A stretch of DNA of 64,000 nucleotides, from positions 11,114-75,113 of the forward strand of contig JBJOMY010000007.1 in the NCBI GenBank assembly GCA_046052125.1. Direction: 5' to 3'. A program made the position numbers and the translations under genes. Source of the stretch: Cyanobacteriota bacterium. GTDB lineage: Bacteria; Cyanobacteriota; Cyanobacteriia; PCC-6307; Cyanobiaceae. Positions 1 to 11,078 of the stretch are shown piece by piece. Under the pieces are notes generated by a model. The model saw nothing but the letters and a program-made list of their open reading frames with translations. It had not been told where the DNA came from and did no database searches. Within the stretch, counting starts at the first letter, position 1, and the number at the start of each line of letters is the position of its first letter.

Positions 1-3000
1 CAACCCTGAGTCCTCCTCCATAGCCGAACTGACTGCCGTTTGATTCAAGTTCATAGCTCACCGTTAGATAGAGAGAAGCGTTCTTGGCAACTTGCAGGTC
101 AAATCCACCAGCCACGGCAAAGGCATTGGCTCCTCCATTTTCACCTTGGGTAGTGAAAGAGCCTGCGGCTGGTGCCTCAACGAAGCTTGAAGTGAGTGCC
201 TTGTTGCTACTGGTATTGGCTAGAGCGTCCACCTGATAGGCGACTGCGAGTCTTGGCGTGATGCTCTGCACTTTATTTTTACTCAAGGCAATCGGGCTAG
301 TTGTGAACTCCATCCCCAGAGTTCCCACCAGACTATTGGCTGTATTGCCGTTAACACGGAGGTTTAAGGCTCCACCACCAGATTCCGTAAATCCACTCTG
401 CTGGTAGCCACCCCAGGCTAGACCAGCAAAGGGCTTGAGCAGCATCGGCAATTTCGTTTTACCTGCTTTGATGGGGATGTCATAGGCGGCGTTGATGGCA
501 GCGGTGTAACCGTTGGCAGAGGTATTTCCATTAATTGTTGAACCATTACCGATATAGGCGACATTCCGGCTGCCACCCATATCAAAGTTGCTGTAGCCAA
601 GCAAAGCCTTGATGTTCCAGCGTTCAGCCGGTTTATAGACGGCATAGAGCGCACCCCCATTGACATCCGAGCTGACATTCGCCGAGGTCAGGCGCATGTC
701 AGAAAGATTGGATGTGCCATAGCCGTAGGCAGCACCAACACTCCACTGCTTGGAAGGCTTGTACTCGAGACCATAGAAGGATGAAAAGATGCCCGAGTTA
801 TAAGAGGACAGTCCATTCTGACCTCTGATGCTGCTTGTGGCATTATTAGCCTTAGCAAAGACGCAAACTGGGCGTTTCGGGGTTTTGCCTTTCTTAGTCT
901 CGGGGGCATTGATGATCCAGCCATTGCCTTGGCAGTTGCCAGCTTGTGAAAACAGGAGCTCTCGCTGACGTTTCAGAGTTGAAAGGCCAACAGCCTGGTA
1001 AGCGGAATACGGTTCCGGTGATAGTGAATCAATCGCCGCTGTGAGCTGACTGCCGGAAGTCAGGGCTAATAACTGGGAGGTGGCGGTCAGGAAATCACTC
1101 GTGATACTGGCTGCGGCTGCTTGCCCTGTCGTGAAGCCCGTCGTACCAATCGCCGTACCTGTGGCATTGAGACCAGTTGTAGTTCCCGATTGGTTGCCAG
1201 CCGCCGTAGCTAGGGATGAGAACACATTGTCAAAGGCACCAGCAGTGGCCAATTGGTTCCGCTGACCCTTACCTAAACTAGAAACAGCTGATGCGGTAGC
1301 CCCAGAGCCATTTTTGGGTTGCCACTGGACATCAAAGGTTGCGGCATTGCCGTCCACTTCTTGAACCAGGTTGGTACCAGAATTCAACAGCGCACTAGTT
1401 ACACCAGATTGATCCAAGGTGAGGCTGCTGCTGGTCGCAAAGTTGTTGCTAGCAGTAATGAGTTGATAATCGATGTTTGGCCAGGGACTACCACCGCCAT
1501 AGGGAATCAGCTTGGCGGTACCAGTGAAGTTGGTGACATTCCCGGTAACGCTGACTTTGTCGTTCTGGGGTCCTTGGATTTCGGCATCAAGGGTACCGCC
1601 ATTGAGGTTCAGACCAGCCACTCTGACCATGCCGATCGAATTGCCAGGGGCAAGTTTGGCACCAGAGACAAGGTTGGTTTGAGGCAGGCTGCCAGTACCG
1701 CCAATTGTTCCACCCGAATTGACCGTTAATCCAGAGGACGAAGCAATTGAGCCGTTGACAGAAAGAGTAGCACCGTCAGCAACGGTTGTTGAACCGGTGT
1801 AGGTGCTGGTGCCTAAAAGCGCGATCTTACCTCCCACGCCGCTGTTAGTGAAGTTGATATCTCCGCTGCCTCCAAAGACCCCCGATAGCGCAGCCTCGTT
1901 GCCATTTTGGTCAATGCTGTTCACCGACGCGCCTAATGATGTATACAAAGACCAATTGCTAGCGTAGGTGCCGGACGAATCGACAACGACGGTGCCTCCA
2001 GCGAGTGTCTGCCCCCAGGGACTAGAGATTGGTGTGGTCATCCCGGAATCGAGAACCCTTGATATCAGCAGCTGAACGTTTGTGGTTCCATAATTGATGG
2101 CGTATCGGTAACCCAACGGAAGTGTTGCATCAATGGTTGCAAATACACCGGAAATGGCCTGGCCAGCAATCAATGTGTATGGATTGGTGACGTCAAACCC
2201 TTCTCCCGAGAAGGCCAGATCAAGAGTTCCTCCTAAATTAATATTCCCTGTGGCGACTATACGATCTGCGGATGAAGAGTTTACCTCGAAGCTGCTTATC
2301 GCACCGCCATCCAACGTTAAGCTTCCTAGGACATTGATCGTACCGATGGAATTTCCTGGGGCAATTTGACCTCCTGCTTGAACTGTGGTGGATGGGAGGC
2401 TGCCGGTACCGCCAATTGTTCCACCCGAATTGACCGTTAACCCAGAGGACGAAGCAATTGAGCCGTTGACAGAAAGAGTAGCGCCGTCAGCAACGGTTGT
2501 TGAACCGGTGTAGGTGCTAATCGCAGTCAACACCGCCGAACCTGCATTTGAAAAAATTATATTTCCAGCCTGGCCAGAAACCAAGTCCGAAAATGCTCCA
2601 TTAAAAATGGAACTATTTCCACCCAGATTCATTCTGTTGGATGGCTCAGTCCCAAGTGACCAGTTCTGGCTGTACTGTCCAGAACTACTTACGAGAAGCG
2701 TGCCACCCGCGAAGGCTGTTGTATTTGAGCTGGCAATGTCGGTTGTTGTCCCAGTGCCCATTCCGCGAAAAGATACAACCAAGTCCCAGTTGTTTGGCGT
2801 CGAGCTGGCAGTTAAGCTCCACCCATATGACCCGAGTGAATATTCTGTATCCTCGTTCGTAATGTTGGGTGCTCCCACGCCTGTTAGAACATTGATGTAC
2901 CTATTGGCTTCCAGAACTGAGGTTGAATCTACCCCAAAAGCCATAGATCCTGACGACCAGGCCACTGCCAGCCTTCCGAAGTTCGTGGTTGACCGCACTA

Positions 3001-4054
3001 CGATGTTGTACGTACCTGGCAAGGCTCCGTAATATGTCAGCGGGCTATTTCCACCCTGTAAGTTGGCCAGAGTGCTGATATTCGCGTTTTCTGTTAGGCG
3101 AATGCCATAGGTGGATCCGCTGCCACCAGTTCCGCCAAGGATTGTTCCTAGATTTGTAATTGCAGTTGTCCCGCTGCTTAGTTTGACCCCATCCCCGCTC
3201 GATGCATATCCGTACATGTAGCCTGTCCCACCACCAGATGAGCCGCCCGTTATCGAGCCATTGAAGCCGTTGACAATTGAATTAGTACCCCCATTCAGAG
3301 AGATGCCTGCATCGCCATTCCCGCCTCGTGAGGAATACATCATGTAGGACATATAGCCCCCATACAAATCAGCCGAATAACCTGATTGTCCGTTGGGCAT
3401 GCCATTGCCGCCCATGCCACCACCGCCGCCGAAACCATTATTCCCTCCAGAGCCGCCTTGGCCTCCTGTTATCGATCCTGTGTTATTGATAACTATGGCA
3501 GAGCCAGATACGCCAGGCCCGCCATCGCCACCATTGCCACCTCCGCCTCCGTTCCCTCCATTCCCACCATTTCCGCCCGCGCCTTGGTACATATATCCGT
3601 ACCCGTAGTAGCAGCCGGGATCCAAAAAATCACAAGGGTCAGGCCAAGCGCCACTGCCGCCACTTCCGCCATCCCCACCCCTGCCACCAGTGCCGCCATA
3701 GCCTCCCATTCCTCCAATTATGGATCCAGAATTTGTGATGGTTATGTTTACTCCTGTCTGGCCAGCTCCTCCAGTGCTGCCATTCCCGCCAGTACCGCCA
3801 TAACTTCCTGTACCTCCGTCACCGCCTCTGCCACCATTGAGGGAGAAAATGCCATATGCACCATTAGCACCATTGCTACCCCTGACACCCGTTGCGCCGT
3901 TTTGTCCCGAGGCTCCAGACAATGCAGAAGTATTAATTATCTGTGCAGATGCGCTGGAATCTCCGATGATCTCCCCAGCTAGTAAAAAAAACAGCAGGAA
4001 TCCGAATCTGCCTAGAAAGAGGGGCCGCAGGGACGATTGATTGGGCGCGGTCAT
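1..4054 (-). CDS. Autotransporter outer-membrane beta-barrel protein with Gly-rich passenger (last few codons lie beyond the left edge)
   Basis: Manual translation from ATG at 4054 is open to position 1 (1351 codons). It has a signal-peptide-like N-terminus ([38 protein letters not shown]), GGxGGxGG tracts, two [19 protein letters not shown] passenger repeats followed by APGNSIG, and a barrel-like C-terminus (...[24 protein letters not shown]). Confidence 0.9.
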   Translation of the reverse strand, partial: MTAPNQSSLRPLFLGRFGFLLFFLLAGEIIGDSSASAQIINTSALSGASGQNGATGVRGSNGANGAYGIFSLNGGRGGDGGTGSYGGTGGNGSTGGAGQTGVNITITNSGSIIGGMGGYGGTGGRGGDGGSGGSGAWPDPCDFLDPGCYYGYGYMYQGAGGNGGNGGNGGGGGNGGDGGPGVSGSAIVINNTGSITGGQGGSGGNNGFGGGGGMGGNGMPNGQSGYSADLYGGYMSYMMYSSRGGNGDAGISLNGGTNSIVNGFNGSITGGSSGGGTGYMYGYASSGDGVKLSSGTTAITNLGTILGGTGGSGSTYGIRLTENANISTLANLQGGNSPLTYYGALPGTYNIVVRSTTNFGRLAVAWSSGSMAFGVDSTSVLEANRYINVLTGVGAPNITNEDTEYSLGSYGWSLTASSTPNNWDLVVSFRGMGTGTTTDIASSNTTAFAGGTLLVSSSGQYSQNWSLGTEPSNRMNLGGNSSIFNGAFSDLVSGQAGNIIFSNAGSAVLTAISTYTGSTTVADGATLSVNGSIASSSGLTVNSGGTIGGTGSLPSTTVQAGGQIAPGNSIGTINVLGSLTLDGGAISSFEVNSSSADRIVATGNINLGGTLDLAFSGEGFDVTNPYTLIAGQAISGVFATIDATLPLGYRYAINYGTTNVQLLISRVLDSGMTTPISSPWGQTLAGGTVVVDSSGTYASNWSLYTSLGASVNSIDQNGNEAALSGVFGGSGDINFTNSGVGGKIALLGTSTYTGSTTVADGATLSVNGSIASSSGLTVNSGGTIGGTGSLPQTNLVSGAKLAPGNSIGMVRVAGLNLNGGTLDAEIQGPQNDKVSVTGNVTNFTGTAKLIPYGGGSPWPNIDYQLITASNNFATSSSLTLDQSGVTSALLNSGTNLVQEVDGNAATFDVQWQPKNGSGATASAVSSLGKGQRNQLATAGAFDNVFSSLATAAGNQSGTTTGLNATGTAIGTTGFTTGQAAAASITSDFLTATSQLLALTSGSQLTAAIDSLSPEPYSAYQAVGLSTLKRQRELLFSQAGNCQGNGWIINAPETKKGKTPKRPVCVFAKANNATSSIRGQNGLSSYNSGIFSSFYGLEYKPSKQWSVGAAYGYGTSNLSDMRLTSANVSSDVNGGALYAVYKPAERWNIKALLGYSNFDMGGSRNVAYIGNGSTINGNTSANGYTAAINAAYDIPIKAGKTKLPMLLKPFAGLAWGGYQQSGFTESGGGALNLRVNGNTANSLVGTLGMEFTTSPIALSKNKVQSITPRLAVAYQVDALANTSSNKALTSSFVEAPAAGSFTTQGENGGANAFAVAGGFDLQVAKNASLYLTVSYELESNGSQFGYGGGLRV
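1686..1807. repeat. 122-bp direct repeat copy A (autotransporter-associated beta-strand repeat)
   Basis: Matches 2397-2518 with 3 mismatches; offset 711 bp (237 codons). Confidence 0.92.
2397..2518. repeat. 122-bp direct repeat copy B
   Basis: Matches 1686-1807 with 3 mismatches. Confidence 0.92.
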
Positions 4055-4073
4055 TGGGAGATAAATTTCTTTT

Positions 4074-4079
4074 ATTTTA
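4074..4079 (-). promoter_or_regulatory. Possible -10 element (TAAAAT) for the autotransporter
   Basis: TAAAAT on the minus strand about 20 nt upstream of ATG 4054 in an AT-rich stretch; no canonically spaced -35. Confidence 0.3.
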
Positions 4080-4199
4080 AAGGCTTTTTCTGTCGACAAA
4101 TCCGGAATAAATCTATAGGGACTTTTGACGTGGACCCCGGAGAACGATCCAGGGTGAATGAGAGTCCCCATCCGGCCAGACTGGGCCAGGTACTTCACC

Positions 4200-4478
4200 A
4201 TGAAACGCACCAGGCATACGGCGGAGCAGATCATCCGCAAGCTCAAAACTGCCGAGCAGCTGATCGCCCAGGGCAAGACCGTCGTCGACGTCTGCCGAGT
4301 GATCGAGGTGAAGCAGCCGACGTATCACCGTTGGCGGCAGCAATACGGCGGGATGCAAGCCGAGGAGGCCAAACGGCTGACTCAGCTGGAGAAGGAGAAC
4401 GCCCGGCTCAAAAGGCTTTTGGCGGAAGCCGAGTTGGAGAAGGCGATGCTCAAAGACCTTGCCGAGGGAAACTTCTGA
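4200..4478 (+). CDS. IS3 transposase OrfA (HTH DNA-binding)
   Basis: [16 protein letters not shown]...[22 protein letters not shown]...[14 protein letters not shown] is typical of IS3 OrfA. Confidence 0.9.
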   Translation: MKRTRHTAEQIIRKLKTAEQLIAQGKTVVDVCRVIEVKQPTYHRWRQQYGGMQAEEAKRLTQLEKENARLKRLLAEAELEKAMLKDLAEGNF

Positions 4479-4521
4479 GCCCGGAACGCAGGCGCAGGGC
4501 CGTCACGCTCCTGCAGGAGCG
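4466..4521 (+). promoter_or_regulatory. Programmed -1 ribosomal frameshift signal
   Basis: Slippery heptamer G-GGA-AAC (4466-4472) in the OrfA frame just before its stop; perfect palindrome CGCTCCTGCAGGAGCG at 4506-4521 downstream. Confidence 0.75.
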
Positions 4522-5314
4522 TTACCGGGCATCTGAGCGGTTGGCTTGCCGTGTGGTGGGTCAACATCGCAGCACCCAGCGCCATCCGGCCAAGGTCGTC
4601 TCGATCGAGGAGGGAAAGCTGCGTCATCGTCTCCGCGAGATTGCAGCTGAGCACATTCGCTGGGGCCGGCGGATGGCCTACCGCCTCCTCAGACGAGAGG
4701 GCTGGAGCGTGAACCACAAACGGGTGCAACGGCTCTGGCGGGAGGAGGGCCTGCAGCGCCCCATCTCCAGGAAGCGCAAGCGGGCCAGGCCAGCCGACGG
4801 CTCAGTGCGGCGTCACCGGGCTGAACATCCCCACCAGGTGTGGGCCATGGATATCCAGTTCGATGCCACAGCCGACGGCCGCAGACTCAAATTCCTGAAC
4901 GTGATCGACGAGCACAGCCGCCTCTGTCTGGCCATCCGCGTCGGTAGGCGCTGCAAGGCCAAGGACGTAGTAGCCGTGCTGGAAAAGCTGACCAGCATCT
5001 ATCCGGCGCCGACGTTCATCCGGTCTGACAACGGGCCGGAATTCATCGCCCAGGCACTACAGAACTGGTGCGAGGCCAGCGACACCACCAGCACGGCCTA
5101 CATCGAGCCGGGATCCCCATGGGAGAACGGTTTCGCTGAGTCGTTCAACGGACGATTCCGGGATGAGTTCCTCAACACCGAGCTGTTCACCACTGCTCCC
5201 GAGGCTCAACTCCTGGCTGATCGCTGGCGCTGGGAGTACAACACATTTAGGCCGCACTCGGCGCTCCAGGGGCGTACGCCCCTGGAGGTAGCTCAACAAG
5301 GAGCTGCAGCATGA
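4472..5314 (+). CDS. IS3 transposase OrfB (DDE integrase core), read after a -1 frameshift
   Basis: [37 protein letters not shown] and RPHSAL motifs; lies in the -1 frame relative to OrfA. Confidence 0.9.
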   Translation, partial: LLSPERRRRAVTLLQERYRASERLACRVVGQHRSTQRHPAKVVSIEEGKLRHRLREIAAEHIRWGRRMAYRLLRREGWSVNHKRVQRLWREEGLQRPISRKRKRARPADGSVRRHRAEHPHQVWAMDIQFDATADGRRLKFLNVIDEHSRLCLAIRVGRRCKAKDVVAVLEKLTSIYPAPTFIRSDNGPEFIAQALQNWCEASDTTSTAYIEPGSPWENGFAESFNGRFRDEFLNTELFTTAPEAQLLADRWRWEYNTFRPHSALQGRTPLEVAQQGAAA

Positions 5315-5357
5315 CCACGACCACCCACTCTCATAAGCACTGGACCGATAAAGGGGG

Positions 5358-5945
5358 TCACGTCAGGGCACTCACCAAGGTGGTGCTCGCCAGCAGCAGT
5401 CCATAAGCCACGCTGCGGCGCCAACTGTGGGCAACGGCAAACAGCGGCGTGGCTGCACGACCTGGATCAAGGGGAACCAGCCGGGCCTGCAACAGGATCG
5501 TGAATCCACCCGAAAGCAACACAGCACCGGCAAGCCGGATCAGATCAGCGACCGCTGGGGCGCCCGTGAAGGGACTGTTGGTGATCAGCAAACAGAGACT
5601 GACCACCAACAGCCAGTACACCTGCTGCAACTGCCAGCGGGCACTCACCCCCAAAGCGAAGGCAGTGAGCGCGATCACGCCGGTGGCCCTGAGCGGATCG
5701 CTCTGAGTGAGGGCGGCGGGGATCGAGAGCAGGGCCAGCCCCGCCACGCCAAGTAAGGCCTGACGCCAACCCAGGCGCACACACACCACAAGCGCTGCGA
5801 GGCTCGCCAGGCAGAGCAGGCCAGCGGCCCTAGGAATGCCGCACTGGTGGGCGATCTGATCGGCCGCCAGCAGCGACACAATCGCTACCGCCGCCTGAAT
5901 CAAGAAACGAAGGCGCTGGTTCAGGGCTGGGGATCGCCATCTCAA
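5358..5945 (-). pseudogene. 3'-truncated multi-pass membrane protein (FUSC-like), cut by the IS end at 5365/5366
   Basis: Hydrophobic 195-aa ORF (TTG start) whose last codons and TGA stop come from the IS terminus TGACGTGA; no continuation on the other side of the IS. Confidence 0.7.
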
Positions 5946-6086
5946 CTGCCCATGATTTCACCAAGAGCCGGGGTGAAGGGATCCTGGAGAATCGGGCACT
6001 CCATACCGATATTGATACGCAGTTCGATCAGGCCCTGCTGCAGATGAAACAAAGAGGGGACGCATCGCGGCGCTGATCGGCCCAAT

Positions 6087-6110
6087 AAAAAAGCCCCCTT
6101 TCGGGGGCTT
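6087..6110 (-). terminator. Intrinsic terminator of psbD
   Basis: Minus strand AAGCCCCC-GAAA-GGGGGCTT followed by a T-run, about 25 nt after the psbD stop. Confidence 0.85.
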
Positions 6111-6135
6111 AGCGAACACAGCTGGTGGCCAGCAA

Positions 6136-7191
6136 TCAAAGAGCGTTGCCCCGGGGCAGAACCTCTTCAGGGAAGACGAAGTTTTCGTGCGGCTGGTCAG
6201 CCGGTGCCATCCAGGCACGCAGACCTTCGTTCAGAAGAATGTTCTTCGTGTAGAAGGTCTCGAACTCGGGGTCCTCAGCAGCGCGGATTTCCTGCGACAC
6301 GAAGTCGTAGGCACGCAGGTTGAGGGCCAGGCCGATGATGCCGATGCTGCTGGTCCACAGACCCATCACCGGCACGAACAGCATGAAGAAGTGCAGCCAG
6401 CGCTTGTTGGAGAAGGCGATCCCGAAGATCTGGCTCCAGAAGCGGTTGGCGGTGACCATCGAATAGGTCTCTTCTTCCTGGGTGGGTTCGAACGCCTTGA
6501 AGGTGTTCGCCTGGTCGGAGTCTTCGAACAGGGTGTTCTCCACCGTGGCGCCGTGGATGGCGCAGAGCAGAGCACCACCGAGGATGCCGGCCACGCCCAT
6601 CATGTGGAAGGGGTTCAGCGTCCAGTTGTGGAAGCCCTGCAGGAAGAGCAGGAAGCGGAAGATCGCTGCCACACCGAAGCTGGGAGCAAAGAACCAGCTG
6701 CTCTGGCCGAGGGGGTACATCAGGAAGACACTGACGAACACCGCGATCGGGCCGGAGAAGGCGATGGCGTTGTAGGGGCGAATGCCCACCAGGCGGGCGA
6801 TCTCGAACTGACGCAGCATGAAGCCGATCAGGGAGAAGGCACCGTGCAGGGCCACGAAGGTCCACAGGCCGCCGAGCTGGCACCAGCGCACGAAGTCGCC
6901 CTGTGCCTCAGGACCCCAGAGGAGCAGGAGGGAATGGCCCATGGCATCCGCCGGGCTGCTCACCGCAGCGGTGAGGAAGTTGCAGCCCTCCAGGTAGGAG
7001 CTGGCAATGCCGTGGGTGTACCAGGAAGTGACAAAGGTGGTGCCGGTCAGCCAGCCACCCAGCGCCAGGTAGGCGGTGGGGAACAGGAGCAGACCCGACC
7101 ACCCGACAAAAACGAAGCGGTCGCGCTTGAGCCAGTCATCGAGGACGTCGAACCATCCCCGCTGCGGCGCGCGCCCTACAGCGATCGTCAT
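6136..7191 (-). CDS. psbD: Photosystem II D2 protein (stand-alone copy, not followed by psbC)
   Basis: [33 protein letters not shown]...[10 protein letters not shown]. Confidence 0.99.
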   Translation of the reverse strand: MTIAVGRAPQRGWFDVLDDWLKRDRFVFVGWSGLLLFPTAYLALGGWLTGTTFVTSWYTHGIASSYLEGCNFLTAAVSSPADAMGHSLLLLWGPEAQGDFVRWCQLGGLWTFVALHGAFSLIGFMLRQFEIARLVGIRPYNAIAFSGPIAVFVSVFLMYPLGQSSWFFAPSFGVAAIFRFLLFLQGFHNWTLNPFHMMGVAGILGGALLCAIHGATVENTLFEDSDQANTFKAFEPTQEEETYSMVTANRFWSQIFGIAFSNKRWLHFFMLFVPVMGLWTSSIGIIGLALNLRAYDFVSQEIRAAEDPEFETFYTKNILLNEGLRAWMAPADQPHENFVFPEEVLPRGNAL

Positions 7192-7338
7192 GAGAGCGGC
7201 TTCATGAAGCGTTACATCGCCACTGTACGGGGAACCGGGGGAGCATGGCGGGTTCCCCGACTCAATAGGTAAAAGCTCCTAGTGAGCGCCTGGACCGGCG
7301 CTAATTCGCCAAAGTGGAGCCTGGCCGAAATCCCCGAC

Positions 7339-7602
7339 GTGTTCGTTGTTGAGCTCTCCCTCAAGCTGAGCCCCATGCCCGTTGCCGTGCAGCGCAAGGA
7401 GCAGTCGGCCGCTGACGCGCTCTATCAACAGGTGAAGCAGGCCATGGAGAGCGGCCAACCTCGCCTGCTCGAGCTCACCTGCGAAAAGGAGGAGAGCAAG
7501 CGGGTGACACTGCTGACCAGCGAGGTGGTGGCCGTGCAGACCTACGAGAAATCCGCCATGGGCGGCGGCAGCAAGCGACCCGGCTTCAGCTTCGATGGCT
7601 GA
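7339..7602 (+). CDS. Conserved cyanobacterial hypothetical protein (UPF0367-like)
   Basis: [21 protein letters not shown]...LLELTCEK...RPGF; GTG start at 7339 chosen; overlaps the next gene. Confidence 0.75.
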   Translation: MFVVELSLKLSPMPVAVQRKEQSAADALYQQVKQAMESGQPRLLELTCEKEESKRVTLLTSEVVAVQTYEKSAMGGGSKRPGFSFDG

Positions 7603-8284
7603 GGCCAGCAGCCCCCGGCTCACGGTGGATCAGCTGGGCTTTGCCTGGCCCACCGGACACAGCGCTCTCAATCACTGCAGCTTCACCATCCCCACACCGG
7701 GGCTTTGGATGCTGGTGGGTGGCAATGGCAGTGGCAAGAGCACCCTGCTGCGCCTGATTGCCGGCCTACTCAGTCCCAGTCGCGGTCGACTGTGGTGCCC
7801 GCTCAAAGCGGCCCTGGTGTTTCAAAACCCCGACCATCAGCTGTTGCTGCCGAGCTGCGGCAGCGAGATCGAGCTCGCCCTGCCCGCCACCACGCCTGCC
7901 GAGCAGCGACTGGAGCAGGTGGAGCAGGCTCTCCACCAGGTGGGGCTCTCCGGATTCCGGCAACGGCCGATCCACAGCCTGAGCGGCGGCCAGAAACAGC
8001 GCCTGGCGATCGCCGGGGCACTGGCCAGCAAGGCTCAGCTGCTCCTGCTCGATGAGCCCACGGCCCTGCTGGATGAGACCAGCCAACTGGACGTGCTGCA
8101 GCTGATCCGCGCCCTTTGCGATCGCCCAGAGGACCCGATCACGGCGCTCTGGATCACGCACCGCCTCGAGGAACTGCGCTGGTGCAACGGCGCTGCCCTG
8201 ATGGAACGGGGGAGCGTGGGGCCCTGGCAGCGCGGCGAGGTGATGGAACGGAAGCTCAGCCCCCTTGCCGGCGGGAAGGCCTGA
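7595..8284 (+). CDS. ABC/ECF-type ATP-binding protein (CbiO/EcfA-like)
   Basis: Walker [10 protein letters not shown], signature LSGGQKQR, Walker B LLLDEP. Confidence 0.9.
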   Translation: MAEASSPRLTVDQLGFAWPTGHSALNHCSFTIPTPGLWMLVGGNGSGKSTLLRLIAGLLSPSRGRLWCPLKAALVFQNPDHQLLLPSCGSEIELALPATTPAEQRLEQVEQALHQVGLSGFRQRPIHSLSGGQKQRLAIAGALASKAQLLLLDEPTALLDETSQLDVLQLIRALCDRPEDPITALWITHRLEELRWCNGAALMERGSVGPWQRGEVMERKLSPLAGGKA

Positions 8285-8319
8285 GGGGTAAGTTCTTCAG
8301 GCACCCGTCAGGGCCGCAT

Positions 8320-8391
<72 letters not shown>

Positions 8392-8399
8392 CTTTTTCA

Positions 8400-8425
8400 C
8401 CCCAGCCTCCCGGCTGGGGTTTTTT
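8400..8425 (+). terminator. Intrinsic terminator after tRNA-Asn
   Basis: CCCCAGCC-TCCC-GGCTGGGG-TTTTTT. Confidence 0.85.
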
Positions 8426-8696
8426 CTTGCCTCGACAAACGCAGCAATCAGGCAGCCGCTTCGCATCAATCGCCGCCAAATTGCAACACCACAAACGGAA
8501 GAAAACCTGTAAATCCGACTCAATGATCAGATCAAGCTGAGACGAAGAAGCCAGGCACTGCAAGCGTTCCCGGTGATTTTTCCTTCATTGGAGCATCCGC
8601 CGAAGTTCTGCAGATCCTCAACTTTGCAGGGAGAATGTGCCCAACGTACAGCGGACTAACCCCGCAGCGTCTGCACTCCAGCCCCGGAGCCCGACC

Positions 8697-9467
8697 ATGA
8701 AGCCCTGCATCTTGCTGATCGAAGACGACGGCGACATGCGCGAGCTGGTGGCCGGCCACCTCGAGCACAGCGGCTTTGATGTGCAACGCGCCGAAGACGG
8801 CATCAAGGGCCAGGCCCTAGCGCTGCAGTACACCCCCGATCTGATCCTGCTGGATCTGATGCTGCCCAAGGTGGATGGCCTCACCCTCTGCCAGCGCCTG
8901 CGGCGGGATGAGCGCACCACGGGCATCCCAATCCTGATGCTCACCGCCCTGGGAAGCACCAAAGACAAGGTGAGTGGCTTCAACTCCGGCGCCGACGACT
9001 ACTTGGCGAAGCCCTTTGATCTGGAAGAGCTGCTCGTGCGGATCAAGGCGCTGCTGCGCCGCAGCGACCGTGCTCCGCTCTCCACCAAGCACAACGAAAT
9101 CCTCAGCTACGGGGCCCTCACCCTTGTGCCGGAGCGCTTTGAGGCGATCTGGTTCGACGAGCCGGTGCGGCTGACCCACCTGGAGTTCGAGCTGTTGCAC
9201 TGCTTGCTGCAGCGCCATGGCCAGACCGTGGCTCCCTCGCTGATCCTCAAAGAGGTGTGGGGCTACGAGCCGGACGACGACATCGAGACGATCCGGGTGC
9301 ACATCCGCCACCTGCGCACCAAGCTCGAACCCGATCCCCGCAAACCGCGCTTCATCAAAACCGTGTACGGGGCGGGCTACTGCCTTGAGCTGCCCACCGG
9401 CAATCAGGAAGCGGAACTTGCCCAGTTGGTGCACAACGCTCGCGAAACCCGCCGCAGCGCTGCTTAG
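8697..9467 (+). CDS. rpaA: OmpR-family response regulator RpaA
   Basis: [11 protein letters not shown]...[10 protein letters not shown]...[20 protein letters not shown]...[13 protein letters not shown]. Confidence 0.92.
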   Translation: MKPCILLIEDDGDMRELVAGHLEHSGFDVQRAEDGIKGQALALQYTPDLILLDLMLPKVDGLTLCQRLRRDERTTGIPILMLTALGSTKDKVSGFNSGADDYLAKPFDLEELLVRIKALLRRSDRAPLSTKHNEILSYGALTLVPERFEAIWFDEPVRLTHLEFELLHCLLQRHGQTVAPSLILKEVWGYEPDDDIETIRVHIRHLRTKLEPDPRKPRFIKTVYGAGYCLELPTGNQEAELAQLVHNARETRRSAA

Positions 9468-10438
9468 CCCTCAACGGCACCACTGAGCTCCAGCAAGGCC
9501 ACTTCCCAGGCCAAACGAGGCTGCACGTAGGCGCGCAGCTGGCGCCTGAGGGTTTCAAAGCGATGCTGCTGGGCGGGATCGATGCGCTGACGCCACAGGC
9601 GCAGCTGCCACCAATCGAGCAACCAAAGCTGCTGCTCCACCTCGAGGGCCTCACAAAGGTCGCGAGCCAGGCTGAGGGCCTCCACCGGACTCACGGAGCG
9701 CTGGGCTTCTCCCACCAACTCCGCGCAGCGCTGGGCCAGCCCATCGGGCAACGCTTGCCACTGCTGCCGCTGCTCCAGCAGCGCACCGGGTGAACCGGCG
9801 GCCAGCTCCACCAGCTCCGGCGGATCAGAACCTTGGGGTTGCTCCGGCTGCTCAGCAAGCACTTGCTTCAGCTGATCCGGCGTGAGCCGGGAGAAGGGAA
9901 TGGACTGGCAGCGGGAGCGAATCGTGCTGAGCAAGCGATCCGGGGCTGCACTCAGCAGGATCAACAGCCCATCACCAGGCTCCTCCAGGGTTTTGAGCAA
10001 GGCGTTGGCCGCACCCTCCGCCATCGCCTCCACCGCTTCGATCACCACCAGACAACGACTGGCCTCCACCGGCCGGCGCCCCAGAAACTGCGACACCGCA
10101 CGCACCTGCTCGAGACGCAGCTGGGGTGGTGCTTTGCGGCTGATGCCAGCCGCGGCCGCTTGCGATGCGGGCACCAACTGCCCCTTCTCGCTGTAGGTGG
10201 GCTCCACCCAGAGCAGATCGGGATGGTTGCCCTCCTGGAGGCGGCGGCGGACTGAGGCCGATCCAGCAGGCCCGGCAATCACCCCCTCAAGGAAACGGCG
10301 CGCCGTGATCGATCGGCCCACCCCATCGGGCCCGCAGAACAGATAGGCGGGGGCCAGACGCTGCTGCTCCAAGGCCGCCAACAGCAACCCCGTGGCCTGC
10401 CCCTGACCCACCAACCCCGCAAACAGCGGTTCAGTCAT
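9464..10438 (-). CDS. holB: DNA polymerase III subunit delta'
   Basis: [40 protein letters not shown]. Confidence 0.93.
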   Translation of the reverse strand: MTEPLFAGLVGQGQATGLLLAALEQQRLAPAYLFCGPDGVGRSITARRFLEGVIAGPAGSASVRRRLQEGNHPDLLWVEPTYSEKGQLVPASQAAAAGISRKAPPQLRLEQVRAVSQFLGRRPVEASRCLVVIEAVEAMAEGAANALLKTLEEPGDGLLILLSAAPDRLLSTIRSRCQSIPFSRLTPDQLKQVLAEQPEQPQGSDPPELVELAAGSPGALLEQRQQWQALPDGLAQRCAELVGEAQRSVSPVEALSLARDLCEALEVEQQLWLLDWWQLRLWRQRIDPAQQHRFETLRRQLRAYVQPRLAWEVALLELSGAVEG

Positions 10439-11078
10439 GGGGAGCGCAGCAGCCAGCAATGGCACGCTGCAGTTCAGCGCTCACCAGCTCAACCGGCTGG
10501 CCGGCATCGAAGCGCTGCCAGCCGGGCTGGGCCGCCAGCGCGGAAAACCCAGCGCAGACCCGCGCCAGAAAGGCCTCACCACTGGCCTCGATCCGATCAG
10601 CAACCCGGTGACCTCGGCGCCGCAGGGAGTCCTGCAGGGGCAGGTCGAGCAGCAGGGTGAGATCGGGCTCGAGCCCTCGGCAGGCAATCCGGCTGAGCTG
10701 ATCGATCAACTCCAGCGATAAGCCGCGGCCGTAGCCCTGATAGGCAGCGGTGGAGCCGTGGAAGCGATCGCTGAGCACCCAATGGCCGGCCTCCAGAGCC
10801 GGACGAATCCGCTCCTGGACGTGCTGAGCGCGATCAGCGGCATAGAGCAGGAGCTCAGCGGTGCTGCATGGCTCAGCTGCACCGGGCGGATGCAACAGCA
10901 GCTGGCGCAAGGCGAGGCCGAGTTCGGTGCCACCGGGCTCACGGGTCACCAACAGCTCCGCACCGGCGGGCATCAGGCCACTGGCCGGCAACCAATGCCG
11001 CAACCGCTCGATCTGCGTGGTCTTGCCACAGCCATCGATGCCTTCCAGAACAAAAAAACGTCCGCGCTCAGTCATCAC
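10431..11078 (-). CDS. tmk: Thymidylate kinase
   Basis: FVLEGIDGCGKTTQ, TREPGGT, LSDRF, YQGYGRG. Confidence 0.95.
   Translation of the reverse strand: MMTERGRFFVLEGIDGCGKTTQIERLRHWLPASGLMPAGAELLVTREPGGTELGLALRQLLLHPPGAAEPCSTAELLLYAADRAQHVQERIRPALEAGHWVLSDRFHGSTAAYQGYGRGLSLELIDQLSRIACRGLEPDLTLLLDLPLQDSLRRRGHRVADRIEASGEAFLARVCAGFSALAAQPGWQRFDAGQPVELVSAELQRAIAGCCAPHD

Larger units (their letters stand above)
4126..5365 (+). mobile_element. IS3-family insertion sequence (~1240 bp)
   Basis: TG...CA ends. Imperfect ~40-bp terminal inverted repeats (left TGACGTGGACCCCGGAGAACGATCCAGGGTGAATGAGAGT; right reverse complement TGACGTGACCCCCTTTATCGGTCCAGTGCTTATGAGAGT). OrfA/OrfB arrangement; no flanking target duplication. 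Confidence 0.93.

Noticed and set aside
3386-4040. Pro-rich and Ala/Thr-rich plus-strand ORFs (3386-3982, 3393-3608, 3837-4040)
   Set aside because: They are the reverse complement of the GGN-rich autotransporter coding sequence.
4037-4471. N-terminal part of the 425-aa ORF 4037-5314
   Set aside because: It starts outside the IS and is simply the open OrfB frame; the real protein comes from OrfA plus a -1 frameshift.
6187-7272. 361-aa ORF antisense to psbD, and many other long antisense or alternative-frame ORFs (e.g. 17538-18899, 28521-29423, 35578-36828, 47617-48885, 61964-62980)
   Set aside because: Shadow ORFs expected from GC-rich codon bias; they fully overlap well-supported genes and have no recognisable motifs.
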